IMG/VR virus record: IMGVR_UViG_3300029959_000004
Span: 32,001 to 96,000 of that record
Source: a virus
Strand: one strand, 5' to 3'
Length of the DNA: 64,000 nucleotides
Shown here in pieces: positions 26,958 to 37,890 of the stretch. The notes beneath the pieces are model-generated. The model worked only from the letters and a program-made list of their open reading frames with translations. It did no database searches and was not told the DNA's origin. A program made the position numbers and the translations under genes. Positions within the stretch are counted from its first letter, which is position 1. Each line of letters opens with the position of its first letter.

Positions 26958-28634
26958 ATGACAGAGAAAAATACAAGTGTTAGAAAGAAGATGAATCCAA
27001 CCTTAGCTTGGCTGTGGGATATGATGAGTTTTTATGTATCTGATGAGATAAAAATACCTACAACTTTTAGAGAACAAGTAGAACAAGTAAAAAGTGTTTT
27101 ATCTAGCGATACCTCAGGTATAGTAAACTCGGTATTAGACTTTGCTATTAACAGTGCTTCTGTAGACTATACTATTGAAACTGATAACGAAAATTTTACT
27201 GCAATTATAAGTGAATGGTTTAAAAGAATAAATATATCTTCTTTGGGTAGAGTCCCAACAGGAATAAAAGCATTAGCGAAAGAAAATTTTAGAGAAAGAT
27301 GGAAGAATTCTTCTCTTATTTTATTAAGAACTGTTTGGGATAATATTGAAATAAACGGTACTTCTTTATATATGCCTGTTAAAATGTGGTTTGTGGACGG
27401 AGGTAATATTCAGGTAACTGACGACAATTCTACTAGAATTATTGGGGAAGAGAATTATTATTTAAGAGTAGATAGTAATGAGAAACATAATAAATTACTA
27501 CCAACTTCTAAAGATGAATATATTTTTATTCAAAAACCTTTTAATTCTTGGTCTAGTCTTGAACCGACTCCTTTTATTATACAAAGAGGTTTGTATAAGA
27601 ATCTAAAATTATTTGATTTATTGAGTAAAAAAGGAGAAAAGTTTATAGCAAAAGCTTTAGAATATTTATTGATGTTGAAGAAAGGTTCTGAGAAATTAAC
27701 TGTAGATGGAGGGTCTGAGTATAATTACAGTGAAGAAGATTTGAAAAAAGTTAAAGATGATTTTAAAACATTAGTGAACAATAATAAATCAGAATCTGGA
27801 ACTCCAACATATGTTACTAATTTTGATACTATGTTAGAACATATATCTCCCGATTATAAGTTAGTAATGAATAGTGAAATATATGGGCCCATAGAAAAAC
27901 GTATTTTAGCCGGTTTGGGTTTAATAGATATAGTTGAAGGAACATCTGCTAGTAGACGTGAATCTATTTTAAATCCTAAACCTTTTATAAGAGAAGTAAA
28001 AACTGGGATTTCAGATTTTACAAGTCTCTTAACTGATATTATGATTATGATTCGTGAGAAGAACGAAGCAAAACATCCTAAATTCTTTGGAGAAAAAATA
28101 CAGTTTCATTATACTCCAATAGAAGATTTTATAAATGACAATCTAAGAGATCATTTACGTAGTTGTTATGACAGAGGAGTTATTTCTCAACAGACTTATG
28201 CTGAAGTAGTTGGGCAAACTGATTTTGATATTGAAATAACTAGAAGAAAATTAGAGAAGTCTGAAAAAATAGATAAACTTATGTATCCTCATCTTACTCA
28301 GAATATAGAAGATAAATCAAATGTTGAAGATTTTCCTTCTAAAAATAATGATAATATTTCTTCTGATAAAAAAGGAATAGAAAAAAAGAATTATAAAGGT
28401 AATGAAGAGGAAGAAAATTTAACTGTAGAAGAAATAGAAATTTTAAATAAATTAGAAATATCTGATGAAGAATTAGAGGAAAGTGTTATTGTAAAGAAAA
28501 AAGACGGTTGGCACGTAATTTCTGAAAAAACAAATAAAAATTTAGGTGGTCCCTATAAAACTCGTAAACAAGCCGTAAAGAGACTCCGACAAATAGAATT
28601 TTTTAAGCATAAAGGGGAAGAATCAAATGAATGA
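26958..28634 (+). CDS. putative portal protein
   Basis: Synteny and size; YDRGVIS C-terminal motif. Confidence 0.7.
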   Translation: MTEKNTSVRKKMNPTLAWLWDMMSFYVSDEIKIPTTFREQVEQVKSVLSSDTSGIVNSVLDFAINSASVDYTIETDNENFTAIISEWFKRINISSLGRVPTGIKALAKENFRERWKNSSLILLRTVWDNIEINGTSLYMPVKMWFVDGGNIQVTDDNSTRIIGEENYYLRVDSNEKHNKLLPTSKDEYIFIQKPFNSWSSLEPTPFIIQRGLYKNLKLFDLLSKKGEKFIAKALEYLLMLKKGSEKLTVDGGSEYNYSEEDLKKVKDDFKTLVNNNKSESGTPTYVTNFDTMLEHISPDYKLVMNSEIYGPIEKRILAGLGLIDIVEGTSASRRESILNPKPFIREVKTGISDFTSLLTDIMIMIREKNEAKHPKFFGEKIQFHYTPIEDFINDNLRDHLRSCYDRGVISQQTYAEVVGQTDFDIEITRRKLEKSEKIDKLMYPHLTQNIEDKSNVEDFPSKNNDNISSDKKGIEKKNYKGNEEEENLTVEEIEILNKLEISDEELEESVIVKKKDGWHVISEKTNKNLGGPYKTRKQAVKRLRQIEFFKHKGEESNE

Positions 28635-30060
28635 TAGAAATAAGTACTTTTTAGAAGACCTTACTTTTAACTCGACATATGAACTGATGGAGTTTTCTAA
28701 AGAGAATGATGAATTAAAAGAAATAGCTATAAAAAGAGGAATACAATTACCTTCTAAAGATATAGCTATTTTTAAATGTACTTATGCTATGATAGATGAA
28801 GAGAATAGAAACGGTTGTACTCTTCCTAAAAAAGAAGTTAAGAAGGCTCTAAAAACTCTTGTAGGTAAAGCTGTAGATAAAGATCATTTAAGAAAATCAA
28901 CTATAGGATATTGGTTAGATGCTCAATTAGATGAAGGAAACATTATAGCTTATGGAGCTTTTTGGAAATCTAACTTTTCTGAAGATTACGAAGAGATAAA
29001 GAAAAGAATGTTGGATGGCTCTATGAAAATTTCCTTTGAAGCTTGGGGGGATAGAACCTTTACAGGAGAGAAAAGTTATGAATTACATAATATAGAATTT
29101 GCTGGTGGAGCTTTGTTATTTGATACAATCCCAGCTTTTCCCGATGCGGAAGTTTTGGAGTTTTCTACTAAAAAAGGTCAGATATTAGAATTCGCTAAAT
29201 TGATAGAAAATGCGAAATCAGAAGAAAAAATTATGAAAGAGGAAGAAATGGAAGAAGCTAAATTAAATTTTTATTATGATCAGGAATTTATTGGAAGAAT
29301 TATGATGGAAACGGAATGTTCTACTTGTAAAGCAAAAGGATTTAATGATATTTTATCTATTGATTTTGAAAATAGTAAGGTGAAGACTAAATGCTATCAA
29401 TGTAACGAAATTGCTTTGTATGATTTAAAACCAAGTTCTAGTATTATAAAGAAAGGTAAAAAACCAGAAACTGCAAAAAAAGACGTAAATATAACAGATA
29501 GTAATGCTAAGGAAAGTGAAATAAAGAAAGAAGGAGGAAACATAGTGGACGAATTGATAAAGAAATATAATAAAGCATCAGTTGAGGAACTCTCCAAGTT
29601 TTTTGATGAAACTTTAGCGTCTCTATCTGCTAAAGAAACAGAAAACGCTACCTTGAAGTCTGAAAAGGAAGCATTAACAAAAACAGTAGAGGAATCAAAG
29701 TTAATTATAGAGAACGCAAAGTTAGAAACGGAAAAGATTAAAACGGAGTTTGCTAATGTTAAAACCGAACTAGACAAGAGAATCTCTACCGAAAAAGCAG
29801 CTTTTGTAAAGGCTCGTAGAGATGAGATCGGTGAAGAGTTTGCTAAAGAATTAAGTGATGAAGATATACAAAATGATTTAAAATTTGAGAATGCAAAGTT
29901 GAAGAAAGAGTTATCTATAGCTAAACAAGAAAAAGGATCGACAACTTCAGGAATGGAAGCTGGTTCTAAGATTAAGGCTGAAGCAAATTCTGAAAGTTTT
30001 AAGAAACAAGAAGCAATACGAGATCAAGCATTTGGAAAAATAGACGAAACAAAGAAATAA
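28627..30060 (+). CDS. prohead protease / scaffold fusion
   Basis: NRNG, DKDH, ISFE, PAF protease-like motifs; CxxC pair; long C-terminal coiled coil. Confidence 0.65.
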   Translation: MNDRNKYFLEDLTFNSTYELMEFSKENDELKEIAIKRGIQLPSKDIAIFKCTYAMIDEENRNGCTLPKKEVKKALKTLVGKAVDKDHLRKSTIGYWLDAQLDEGNIIAYGAFWKSNFSEDYEEIKKRMLDGSMKISFEAWGDRTFTGEKSYELHNIEFAGGALLFDTIPAFPDAEVLEFSTKKGQILEFAKLIENAKSEEKIMKEEEMEEAKLNFYYDQEFIGRIMMETECSTCKAKGFNDILSIDFENSKVKTKCYQCNEIALYDLKPSSSIIKKGKKPETAKKDVNITDSNAKESEIKKEGGNIVDELIKKYNKASVEELSKFFDETLASLSAKETENATLKSEKEALTKTVEESKLIIENAKLETEKIKTEFANVKTELDKRISTEKAAFVKARRDEIGEEFAKELSDEDIQNDLKFENAKLKKELSIAKQEKGSTTSGMEAGSKIKAEANSESFKKQEAIRDQAFGKIDETKK

Positions 30061-30079
30061 ACGGAGGAAGTTTAAAAAA

Positions 30080-31015
30080 ATGGAAGATTCAAAAATTAAA
30101 TACTCTCAGCTCGAAATGGCTAGAGTCATAGGTGAACCCCTGGATCCCAGGAAACCCTATACTGATGTAGTTGCTGCTGTAGCTGAAACACAATATGCAG
30201 ATCCAAACGAATATGTTTATTATTTTGATGTGTTAAACGAAACAGATACAATTTATACGATTACTTCAGGTGGAAACGTAACTAGTTCAAATGTATCTCC
30301 CGACTCTGCTACTGCTTTTACATTTATTGATGTTGCAACTCCTGAGTATTATGTTAAGATTACTGATTTAGCCTCCTCAAAAGAGTCTACTTTAGCTCGT
30401 AAGTTAAAAACGATTGAAAGAACGTTAAATATGTATGAAAACAAATATATTTTTGATTTAGCTTCTACTGCTACAAGCACTTCAGGTTTTCAGAATACTT
30501 TAACTTCAGGTCAGATGAGATTCTCTTATAATGATTTAATTACGATGGTTCAGCAAGTTGTAGATTACGGTGATAATTATACGTTGTTTGTTGGGTCAGA
30601 GCTTGATACTGATATTAAGTTATGGGATTGGAATGATAATAAATATCATTCTATGATCGCCGCTTTTGGTGATTTAGGCATTACAAAAATACGTATGGGT
30701 ACCGGTAATTTAGCAATTGATAGCGCCACTGGTGTACGTCAGTTGTTAGCTAGTTATGGATATTTAATTGCTAATAGTACTGAAGTTGGAAAACCGTTCT
30801 TGTTTGTTCGTAAACGTTTAAACGATATTGATCTTTTAGGTGGAGCAATTAAGTCCTCTGGTGAAAAACCAGAACGTTTAGTTTTCGTATCTCCTAACCC
30901 GATAGTCGCTTCAGGTGGAACTACTCGTTATTTAGCAGTTGGTGTTACAGGTTTTGAAGAGATCGTTGCGGCTTGTATTAACCCTTACGCTGTTTCAAGA
31001 TTTATTAGAAGCTAA
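30080..31015 (+). CDS. major capsid protein (putative)
   Basis: Follows scaffold; strong SD GGAGG; 311 aa; followed by a terminator. Confidence 0.7.
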   Translation: MEDSKIKYSQLEMARVIGEPLDPRKPYTDVVAAVAETQYADPNEYVYYFDVLNETDTIYTITSGGNVTSSNVSPDSATAFTFIDVATPEYYVKITDLASSKESTLARKLKTIERTLNMYENKYIFDLASTATSTSGFQNTLTSGQMRFSYNDLITMVQQVVDYGDNYTLFVGSELDTDIKLWDWNDNKYHSMIAAFGDLGITKIRMGTGNLAIDSATGVRQLLASYGYLIANSTEVGKPFLFVRKRLNDIDLLGGAIKSSGEKPERLVFVSPNPIVASGGTTRYLAVGVTGFEEIVAACINPYAVSRFIRS

Positions 31016-31030
31016 TAGTTAGTATATATA

Positions 31031-31068
31031 GAGAATGGGGAGCCAACTACTCCCCTTCTCAACTTTTT
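31031..31068 (+). terminator. intrinsic terminator after capsid gene
   Basis: GAGAA(T)GGGGAG/CTCCCCTTCTC stem plus T run. Confidence 0.65.
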
Positions 31069-31091
31069 AACTTTTAACAAGAGAGGTTTAA

Positions 31092-31532
31092 TTGGTAGAA
31101 GAATATAGATCAAAGTATTTATTTAATATTTTACAATTTTTAAAGAATTTTAAAAACGAAGATTTTTACATTACTGATAATAACGAAAGAAAAACAATTT
31201 ATGATGAGAAAACATTTAAAAAATTTTTAAAAGAAACGCGTTCTGTTCTAATAATAGAAGAAAAAGGTGATATACAAGGAATTATTGGTATTTGGAAATC
31301 TTTCGGTAATGTAGAGAGATTTTATATAAAGTTAAATGCGTCAAATGAGTTAGTAGCTAATAATCTTTTAACAGTACTTTTGTGGAATAATAGAAAATAT
31401 CTTCATATAAAAATTAAAAAAGATTCTTTATTTCTTAAGACTTTTAAGAATAAAGGATTTGAGTTTAGAGGTGATAGAGGTAAAGAGGTTTTACTAATTC
31501 TTAATAATCAGTATAGGAAATCTAATGGATAG
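31092..31532 (+). CDS. hypothetical protein, possibly degenerate GNAT fold
   Basis: ORF track; FKNKGFEF resembles a GNAT C-terminal motif. Confidence 0.45.
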   Translation: MVEEYRSKYLFNILQFLKNFKNEDFYITDNNERKTIYDEKTFKKFLKETRSVLIIEEKGDIQGIIGIWKSFGNVERFYIKLNASNELVANNLLTVLLWNNRKYLHIKIKKDSLFLKTFKNKGFEFRGDRGKEVLLILNNQYRKSNG

Positions 31533-32091
31533 TATAATATCTAAAGTCAGAGTTTTAATTGATGATAACTTAACAACTGTTTCAGATTTATTTACTTATG
31601 ATAACAGTGCTATCTTTACCTTAACAGAGAATAATGTTGTAACTATTACTGATGTTTACAAAAACGATATTTCAAGTGCGGTAATTCATACGTATAGTTC
31701 TACTACTGGGAAAGTAACAATATCTTCTTCTCTTACAAGTGGAGATAGTATAAAAGTAGAATATACTTGCTATCAAAATTATTCAGACACGGAAATAACA
31801 GCTTATATACAAGCTGCATTAATACATCTTTCAATAAATAATTATTATAATTTTAATTACGATTCGACTACAGATTCGATATATCCAACTCCAGATGATA
31901 AAGAAGAAAATTTAATAGCTTTAGTTACTAGTATTCTGATTGATCCTGATAATAGAAGTATTAGATTAAAGGATTTAAATATTAGTAACGCAAAAGATTA
32001 CCCTACCGATCAAAAAATAGCTAAAATCATAGGTCGTTTTAAAAAAGACGGTCATGGTGTTTTTGATATTTTAGGAACAGGAGAATATTAA
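31525..32091 (+). CDS. head-tail adaptor (putative)
   Basis: ISKVRVLIDD...YSDTEI pattern; synteny. Confidence 0.55.
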   Translation: MDSIISKVRVLIDDNLTTVSDLFTYDNSAIFTLTENNVVTITDVYKNDISSAVIHTYSSTTGKVTISSSLTSGDSIKVEYTCYQNYSDTEITAYIQAALIHLSINNYYNFNYDSTTDSIYPTPDDKEENLIALVTSILIDPDNRSIRLKDLNISNAKDYPTDQKIAKIIGRFKKDGHGVFDILGTGEY

Positions 32092-32195
32092 TATGATTAA
32101 AATATTGAGTGTAACTGTAGATGAGATTATAAAAATATCCTCCATAATTGAAGAAAAAATTACAATAGTAGCTGATGTAGAGGACTCTACTTCAA

Positions 32196-32474
32196 ATGGC
32201 TAAAAAAACATTTGTATTGGGAACCGCAGTAAAGATAACTGTGCGTTTAAACATAAATACAGCAACAACCGCAAAGATTACTATAGATGATCCCTTTGAA
32301 ACTATCAAAGTGAACGCTGTTAGTATGACTAAAGATGCTGACAAAATTTACAGTTATGTATATCAAAGTGTTTCAACTGATGAAGAGGGGGACTATATAG
32401 CAACAATAGAGGTAAGTGATGGTACTAATACGGGTGTAGTTCAAAAGTATTTTGAATTAATAGAACAAGAATAA
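32196..32474 (+). CDS. Ig-like small virion protein
   Basis: Beta-strand pattern; GDYIATIEV. Confidence 0.45.
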   Translation: MAKKTFVLGTAVKITVRLNINTATTAKITIDDPFETIKVNAVSMTKDADKIYSYVYQSVSTDEEGDYIATIEVSDGTNTGVVQKYFELIEQE

Positions 32475-32492
32475 TTAGAAAGGTTTTTATCA

Positions 32493-32774
32493 ATGGAAGA
32501 AAGACGAAAAGATTACCCCGCTATTATGGAACGATTGGCTGTATTGGAAGTAATGCAACAGAAGGATTTAGATGTTGCGGAAGAGTGGAGAAAAAGTTTT
32601 TGTACTAAGTTAGATAAACTAACTAATATAATTATTAAACTCCCTTGTGATAGAAGAGAAGAAAGATGGTTATCTCAAGGAGTTCAAATTAAATGGATGT
32701 GGGGAGTCTTAACTTTCTTTGTAATTTTAGAAGGAGTTTTTATAACTGCTTTAATTAATCATATAGTAGGATAA
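32493..32774 (+). CDS. membrane protein, holin-like candidate
   Basis: ERR N-terminus, coiled coil, C-terminal TM helix. Confidence 0.45.
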   Translation: MEERRKDYPAIMERLAVLEVMQQKDLDVAEEWRKSFCTKLDKLTNIIIKLPCDRREERWLSQGVQIKWMWGVLTFFVILEGVFITALINHIVG

Positions 32775-33108
32775 GGAGAGAAGATGTCAATAACTAAAGA
32801 ATTGAGAACAATATTATATAATCATCGTAAATTAATATCTATGATAAGTGGCAAATCTCTTCCTATAAAGAGTATGCTCTTAAAGGACGTTCAGGATATG
32901 AATCAAGTAATAGAATGTGCAAATATAAAAAGAGAAATATCTAAGGAGAAAAAATGAAATTAAGTGCAATTTTAAAATATTCAAGTATAACAGCGGGAGT
33001 AATAATTACTGGTTTTATACTTTATTCTCATCCAATTTTGGTCTTAATTGACGCAATAGCAGCCACTACTTATTTTGCTAGTGTTTATTTAAAGAAAAAG
33101 GGAGAATA

Positions 33109-33540
33109 ATGGAACCTTTTCTATGGTCAAAAGTGTTTGATTTTAGTTTCCCTACAATAAAAAAAATACTGTCTCTTATTTTTAAAATAATGCTTATTGT
33201 GGGTATTCCCGCTTTAATATTATGGGGGTCATATGTTTTATTTGTAAAACCACACACTAATCCAAACCCAACAACAGAGGAAAATGCTCAAGTAATTTAT
33301 CATTTTACTATTAATGTCCCAGCTAAAAGAGTTTTTGGATTTGGAGGAACTCTATGGGGTACTGATATTGGAGTAGTTAAGTATGATTTTACTAGTATTA
33401 CAGCAACTATAATCAAAGAAGTAGTTAAAATAGATCCAACAATAAACTCTGATATTTTAGTATCAAAGATAAATGATAAAATAACAAAGGAGATTGTTAA
33501 AACAAAACAAAAGAAGTGGTATTTTCTTTGGTTATTTTAA
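33109..33540 (+). CDS. membrane protein
   Basis: N-terminal TM helix. Confidence 0.5.
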   Translation: MEPFLWSKVFDFSFPTIKKILSLIFKIMLIVGIPALILWGSYVLFVKPHTNPNPTTEENAQVIYHFTINVPAKRVFGFGGTLWGTDIGVVKYDFTSITATIIKEVVKIDPTINSDILVSKINDKITKEIVKTKQKKWYFLWLF

Positions 33541-33955
33541 TAATATCTCAAGTATGATAAATATACATAAAAGAAATTTAAAAATAAATAGACTCTTAAG
33601 AGATAAAAATCTTTGTACTAAGATTTATCTTTATATGTCTACTAAAACAGCAGGAGAAGATTTTGATAGTGAAGAAAAGAATTACACCTACTCTAATTTA
33701 AATCCAATAACAGTTAAAGGATACGTTACTGATATAAAACCAGAATCTTTAATATATAGACAAGTTGGTTTAGCTGAAACTGGAGCAGTTGAAGTGTTAT
33801 GTGAAAACAGATTTGCTGAATATTTTAGACTTGCTAATAAGATTGAAATTAACAATGATCAATTTCAGGTTTATAAGGACAACGTTGGAAATAGATTACA
33901 AATTACTAAGATTCCTTTCGAGTTATGTAAAATAATGCTAGTGAAGGTGAAATAA
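33494..33955 (+). CDS. head closure / completion protein (putative)
   Basis: Synteny; true start probably MINIH. Confidence 0.5.
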   Translation: MLKQNKRSGIFFGYFNNISSMINIHKRNLKINRLLRDKNLCTKIYLYMSTKTAGEDFDSEEKNYTYSNLNPITVKGYVTDIKPESLIYRQVGLAETGAVEVLCENRFAEYFRLANKIEINNDQFQVYKDNVGNRLQITKIPFELCKIMLVKVK

Positions 33956-34431
33956 TGGGTTATTTTCGTGAGTCTAGATGTGTGGAACTTTCTGCAATTT
34001 ATTTTGTAGAAACAAGTCTTAACGCAGATTGGACTGGAGTAACAACAGTAAAATCTTTTGTTAATGCATATAAAGCAACTTTGCCAGTAGTTTCTGTAGA
34101 ATTAGCTAATACTCAGAATAATTGGAAAGAAATAGGTTCTACTTCATTATATAATGATTATATTATAAATATAGATATTTTTGCTAAAAGTAATGGACAA
34201 AGAATAGATTTAGCTGATTATTTAATTGATAAATTAAAAGATGGATTTACTTATTATACTCATTCTCAAACATCGGGATCTCCAGAAACTTTAACTAGAA
34301 CTGCTTCTGGAAGAATATTTATACATAGATTTTTATCTAATACAAAGTTGAATTTTGGTGAAGAAGGAGTTGACAAATACGATTTGTATCGTCATTTTCT
34401 AAGTTTGCAGGTTAAAAAGGATTCTTCTTAA
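33955..34431 (+). CDS. tail terminator (putative)
   Basis: LPVVSV...INIDIFAKS...R pattern. Confidence 0.55.
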   Translation: MGYFRESRCVELSAIYFVETSLNADWTGVTTVKSFVNAYKATLPVVSVELANTQNNWKEIGSTSLYNDYIINIDIFAKSNGQRIDLADYLIDKLKDGFTYYTHSQTSGSPETLTRTASGRIFIHRFLSNTKLNFGEEGVDKYDLYRHFLSLQVKKDSS

Positions 34432-35201
34432 TGGCTGAATTACAGTTGAGATTAAGGATAACAGAAACTAAAGGTGCTAATCCAACAACTTTATTAAAAA
34501 GTTTAGAACAAAAATTTTCTAAAGAAGCTATACAAAGAGATTTAGCTGTTGTTAAAAATAAAGTTTTAGAACACGTAGCTATGTTTATAAATGCTAATAG
34601 GCAAAGAGAAGTTGAACAACATACTATGTATGGCGCTAAAGAGGGTTTTAGATTTACTTTAAAAAATAATTTAATTAATGTTTTAAGAGAAGGTAGTTCA
34701 ATAGAACATACTGAAGATAATAAAATTAGATTAGGTATTGGTAGTAAAAAATATCTTAATACTTATGCTCGTTATTGGTATGTAGTTAACTACGGGAAGA
34801 AGTTTGGTGGGGGAGTTTATATACCTCCTAAGACTTATGGTTATTTTGGTACTGGAGAAAAACCTATAGCTCTTTGGGCTATGGGAGGAAAAAAACAAGC
34901 TTTTCATCATACCAATACCGGTAGAAAAAAAGGGGAAATACTTCCTTCTTTGTTACAACCAAACAAACCAATTACTCCAATGCATTATTTGGAGGAAATG
35001 ACAAAAGTATTTGAGATTGAAATTGCGCTATTAGAACAGAAATATAGAAATGAACTTAATAGATTAGCTAAATCTTCAGAGAAAGAATCTTTTTTAAAGA
35101 CTATTTCTTTAGAGAAAAGAGAACAATTATTATCAAGATTTGGTATTGATGTTGAGAAATGGTCTGAAAGTATAATTAAACAATATTTAAGTAGGTTGTA
35201 A
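34431..35201 (+). CDS. neck / tail-completion protein (HK97 gp10-like, putative)
   Basis: YARYWYVVNYG and PMHYL motifs; synteny. Confidence 0.45.
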   Translation: MAELQLRLRITETKGANPTTLLKSLEQKFSKEAIQRDLAVVKNKVLEHVAMFINANRQREVEQHTMYGAKEGFRFTLKNNLINVLREGSSIEHTEDNKIRLGIGSKKYLNTYARYWYVVNYGKKFGGGVYIPPKTYGYFGTGEKPIALWAMGGKKQAFHHTNTGRKKGEILPSLLQPNKPITPMHYLEEMTKVFEIEIALLEQKYRNELNRLAKSSEKESFLKTISLEKREQLLSRFGIDVEKWSESIIKQYLSRL

Positions 35202-35311
35202 GTAAGATAGATTGTTTCAAAAAATAAAAAAACAAGATTACATTGAGTGGTTTTTGTCTATAGGAGAGATCAAAAACAACAAACACTCACTAGTAAAGGA
35301 GACTAGCAAAA

Positions 35312-36547
35312 ATGATTCATACATCTTATTGGAGACCACGTGTTTACCCTCATAAGGGAGACATCCCTCCGGCACAAATTGATCGTTTGCAAGATTTATC
35401 CGCTTCGGTTACTTTAAATAGAGAAAAGATTAGAGAAATAGGTAGAGACGGCACTGTAGATTGGAGAAAAAAAGTTCCTTCAGTTAGAGTTACTGCAAGA
35501 CAGTTAGAATATGGAGACATTGAGTTTTGGCAGAAATTAGCAAACGTAGCAGGTAATGATACTGACATTACTTTGAATGACTTTAAAACTTCAAAAGTAG
35601 ATATAGTTGGTTATAAAACAGATGATAGCGGTACTTTCTTGGGAAGTGTTTGGTATCCTAAATTAAGAACTTCTGGTTTTGGTATAAACATAGGTGATCC
35701 TCAAGCATACATTGAAAGAAACTTTGATTTTGTTGGAGAAGATGAGATTATTTTTCAGGGAGATAACAAGTATTTTAATTATCAAAGATTCCCCGCTTCC
35801 GGTGGAGCACCAGAATCTTTTACTGTTAACAGTCCTAGCCCTGTTGTCGATCCAGATAATTCTGGTCAATATCTCTTGAAAGTTCTAAGAGTTAACGTTA
35901 GTGACGGCACTACAGATGATTTAACATACACTACCGGTACAGCTTCAGGCACTAATTATGCCTTTTCGGCACCATCTACTTTAACCGTAGCTACTAGTGC
36001 TGGAGATGTTATTAAAGTTTATTATACCGCCGCAACATTTAATACTCAAACACAATCTGCTGTGTTTACAAATAACGATACTGACGCAGGTTCATTAATA
36101 GCTGAAGCGGCTAGTATATATCTTTATGTTTCTTCTGATAATTATGTTTATAAACTTCAAAGCGTTGGTATAGACGTGTCTTTTGATAGAAGTGATTATT
36201 ATGAAATTGGTAATAAAGAGGTAATACAAACAGGTATTCGTGAGAAAACAGTTAGAGTTACTTTAGGTCGTATTCTAGAAGCCTATACTATTGAAGAGGT
36301 TCTTCGTGGTGCAGTTGCTAATTACGGCAAATTAGATCCTAGAGAATTTGGTGACGCTATTACTTTGAGAGTTAAATGTTATGGTAGTCATCTCAAGAAT
36401 ACGTTTAATATTGGTTATAAGATGACTAATTTATCTCCAACTGGATTTGATAACGGTGTACCTTTGAATGATTATGTAACTAGAGGAGCTTCGTTAGAAG
36501 GGGAAGACCTCACGATCAGTAGTTCTGAAGCAACTATAAACGCTTAA
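35312..36547 (+). CDS. major tail tube protein (putative)
   Basis: REIG and YEIG motifs in two repeats; followed by a terminator. Confidence 0.65.
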   Translation: MIHTSYWRPRVYPHKGDIPPAQIDRLQDLSASVTLNREKIREIGRDGTVDWRKKVPSVRVTARQLEYGDIEFWQKLANVAGNDTDITLNDFKTSKVDIVGYKTDDSGTFLGSVWYPKLRTSGFGINIGDPQAYIERNFDFVGEDEIIFQGDNKYFNYQRFPASGGAPESFTVNSPSPVVDPDNSGQYLLKVLRVNVSDGTTDDLTYTTGTASGTNYAFSAPSTLTVATSAGDVIKVYYTAATFNTQTQSAVFTNNDTDAGSLIAEAASIYLYVSSDNYVYKLQSVGIDVSFDRSDYYEIGNKEVIQTGIREKTVRVTLGRILEAYTIEEVLRGAVANYGKLDPREFGDAITLRVKCYGSHLKNTFNIGYKMTNLSPTGFDNGVPLNDYVTRGASLEGEDLTISSSEATINA

Positions 36548-36557
36548 AAATAACACT

Positions 36558-36600
36558 GGGGGGGGGGAGTAGTCTTATGACTATTCTCTCCCTTGATTTA
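36558..36600 (+). terminator. hairpin terminator after tail tube gene
   Basis: G-run-AGTAGTC(TTAT)GACTATTCTCTCCC stem. Confidence 0.55.
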
Positions 36601-36611
36601 ACAACGTAAGA

Positions 36612-36878
36612 ATGGAGAAAAGTATGAGTAAGGATCTCACAAAAGAAATTTTACTAGCCTACCTAGATCAAGTCTTCACTAAAGAATTTGCAAAGCTTGT
36701 AGGAAAACTACTTAAAAGAGTAGAAATTCTTGAAGACAGAGAATACCTAAAAAAAGAGATTAAAGAACTTGTATATGAATCCTCGAGGGAAATGCGTGAC
36801 ATTTTCGACTCGTACTCAAAAGGGCTAGAAGTGTCGTATTTTGACTTTAAGAGTAAGAATGAAAAGGAGAACGGGTAA
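36612..36878 (+). CDS. hypothetical protein
   Basis: ORF track. Confidence 0.55.
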   Translation: MEKSMSKDLTKEILLAYLDQVFTKEFAKLVGKLLKRVEILEDREYLKKEIKELVYESSREMRDIFDSYSKGLEVSYFDFKSKNEKENG

Positions 36879-37526
36879 ATGGACGAAATAGTAAAAGACG
36901 AATTGAAAGAAGAAAAAATAGAAGAGATTAAAAAGAAATTGACCGAAGTTTTAGATTTAACTGAGATGGAAGAGTTAGTGAAAAGTAATGAAAAGATTTT
37001 TGAAGACAATGGAATTACTTATAAAGTTAGAAAACCTACTTATAAAGAAAAACAAGAAGTTTATCAGAAAAGAGTGGAAAGATTTACTGAGTTATTAAAT
37101 AACGAAAAATATTCTTTAGAGTTAGATTTAAAGAAGATGTATTTAAAGAGAGGTATTGATATAGATGAAATGTCTTCAAAGATGTCTAAGAAAATTAAAA
37201 GGCGAGATGAATTAATGCTTCAGTTAGGAGAGTTAGTTAAAAACTCAGCTTCAGAAGACGATTTAAAGAAATTAAAAACAGAAATACAAGAAATACAAGA
37301 AGAGATTAAATTAATCTCTATTAATAAAACATCTTTATTAGAATTCTCAATAGAGAATCAGGTTTTAATACATACTTATTCATATCTTACTTATTTAGTT
37401 TCTGAAAAGAAAGAAGGAGATAGTTGGGTAAAAGTATGGAAGAGTTTTGATGATTTTCAAAACGACTCTACTACTATAGGAAATAAATTAGCTTATTATG
37501 TTACACTAATTAGTTCATTGGAATAA
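36879..37526 (+). CDS. tail assembly chaperone (putative)
   Basis: YKVRKPT motif; position between tube and tape measure. Confidence 0.5.
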   Translation: MDEIVKDELKEEKIEEIKKKLTEVLDLTEMEELVKSNEKIFEDNGITYKVRKPTYKEKQEVYQKRVERFTELLNNEKYSLELDLKKMYLKRGIDIDEMSSKMSKKIKRRDELMLQLGELVKNSASEDDLKKLKTEIQEIQEEIKLISINKTSLLEFSIENQVLIHTYSYLTYLVSEKKEGDSWVKVWKSFDDFQNDSTTIGNKLAYYVTLISSLE

Positions 37527-37530
37527 TACT

Positions 37531-37890
37531 GTGGATATAATATCTTCAGTGCGAAAACTAGCAAAGTCTGATTATTATCAGAACGTCTATACTCTTGCTA
37601 AAGAAAGAAGTTATTTTCGTATTTTTAAGAATGAAGATAACTTTACTGACTTGCAGATAACATTCTTAAAGTATCTTAATTTTTACAACACTATATTTAC
37701 TGATATAGCCTTAGGAGACGTTACTGAAATAGTTTTAAATGATTTTATGTATGAAGATGCTTATATAATGTATAAAAATAAAACAGATACTAATAAACTG
37801 AAAGAGAATAAAAATAATGATAATAAGAAAGTTCCTGTTTCTGGTTCTAGGTGGATATTTAAAAATCCTCCTAAAGCAGGGAAAAAATAA
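37531..37890 (+). CDS. second tail assembly chaperone (putative)
   Basis: Synteny. Confidence 0.45.
   Translation: MDIISSVRKLAKSDYYQNVYTLAKERSYFRIFKNEDNFTDLQITFLKYLNFYNTIFTDIALGDVTEIVLNDFMYEDAYIMYKNKTDTNKLKENKNNDNKKVPVSGSRWIFKNPPKAGKK

Noticed and set aside
36879-37890. Tail-chaperone programmed frameshift
   Set aside because: No clear slippery heptamer seen near the end of 36879..37526.
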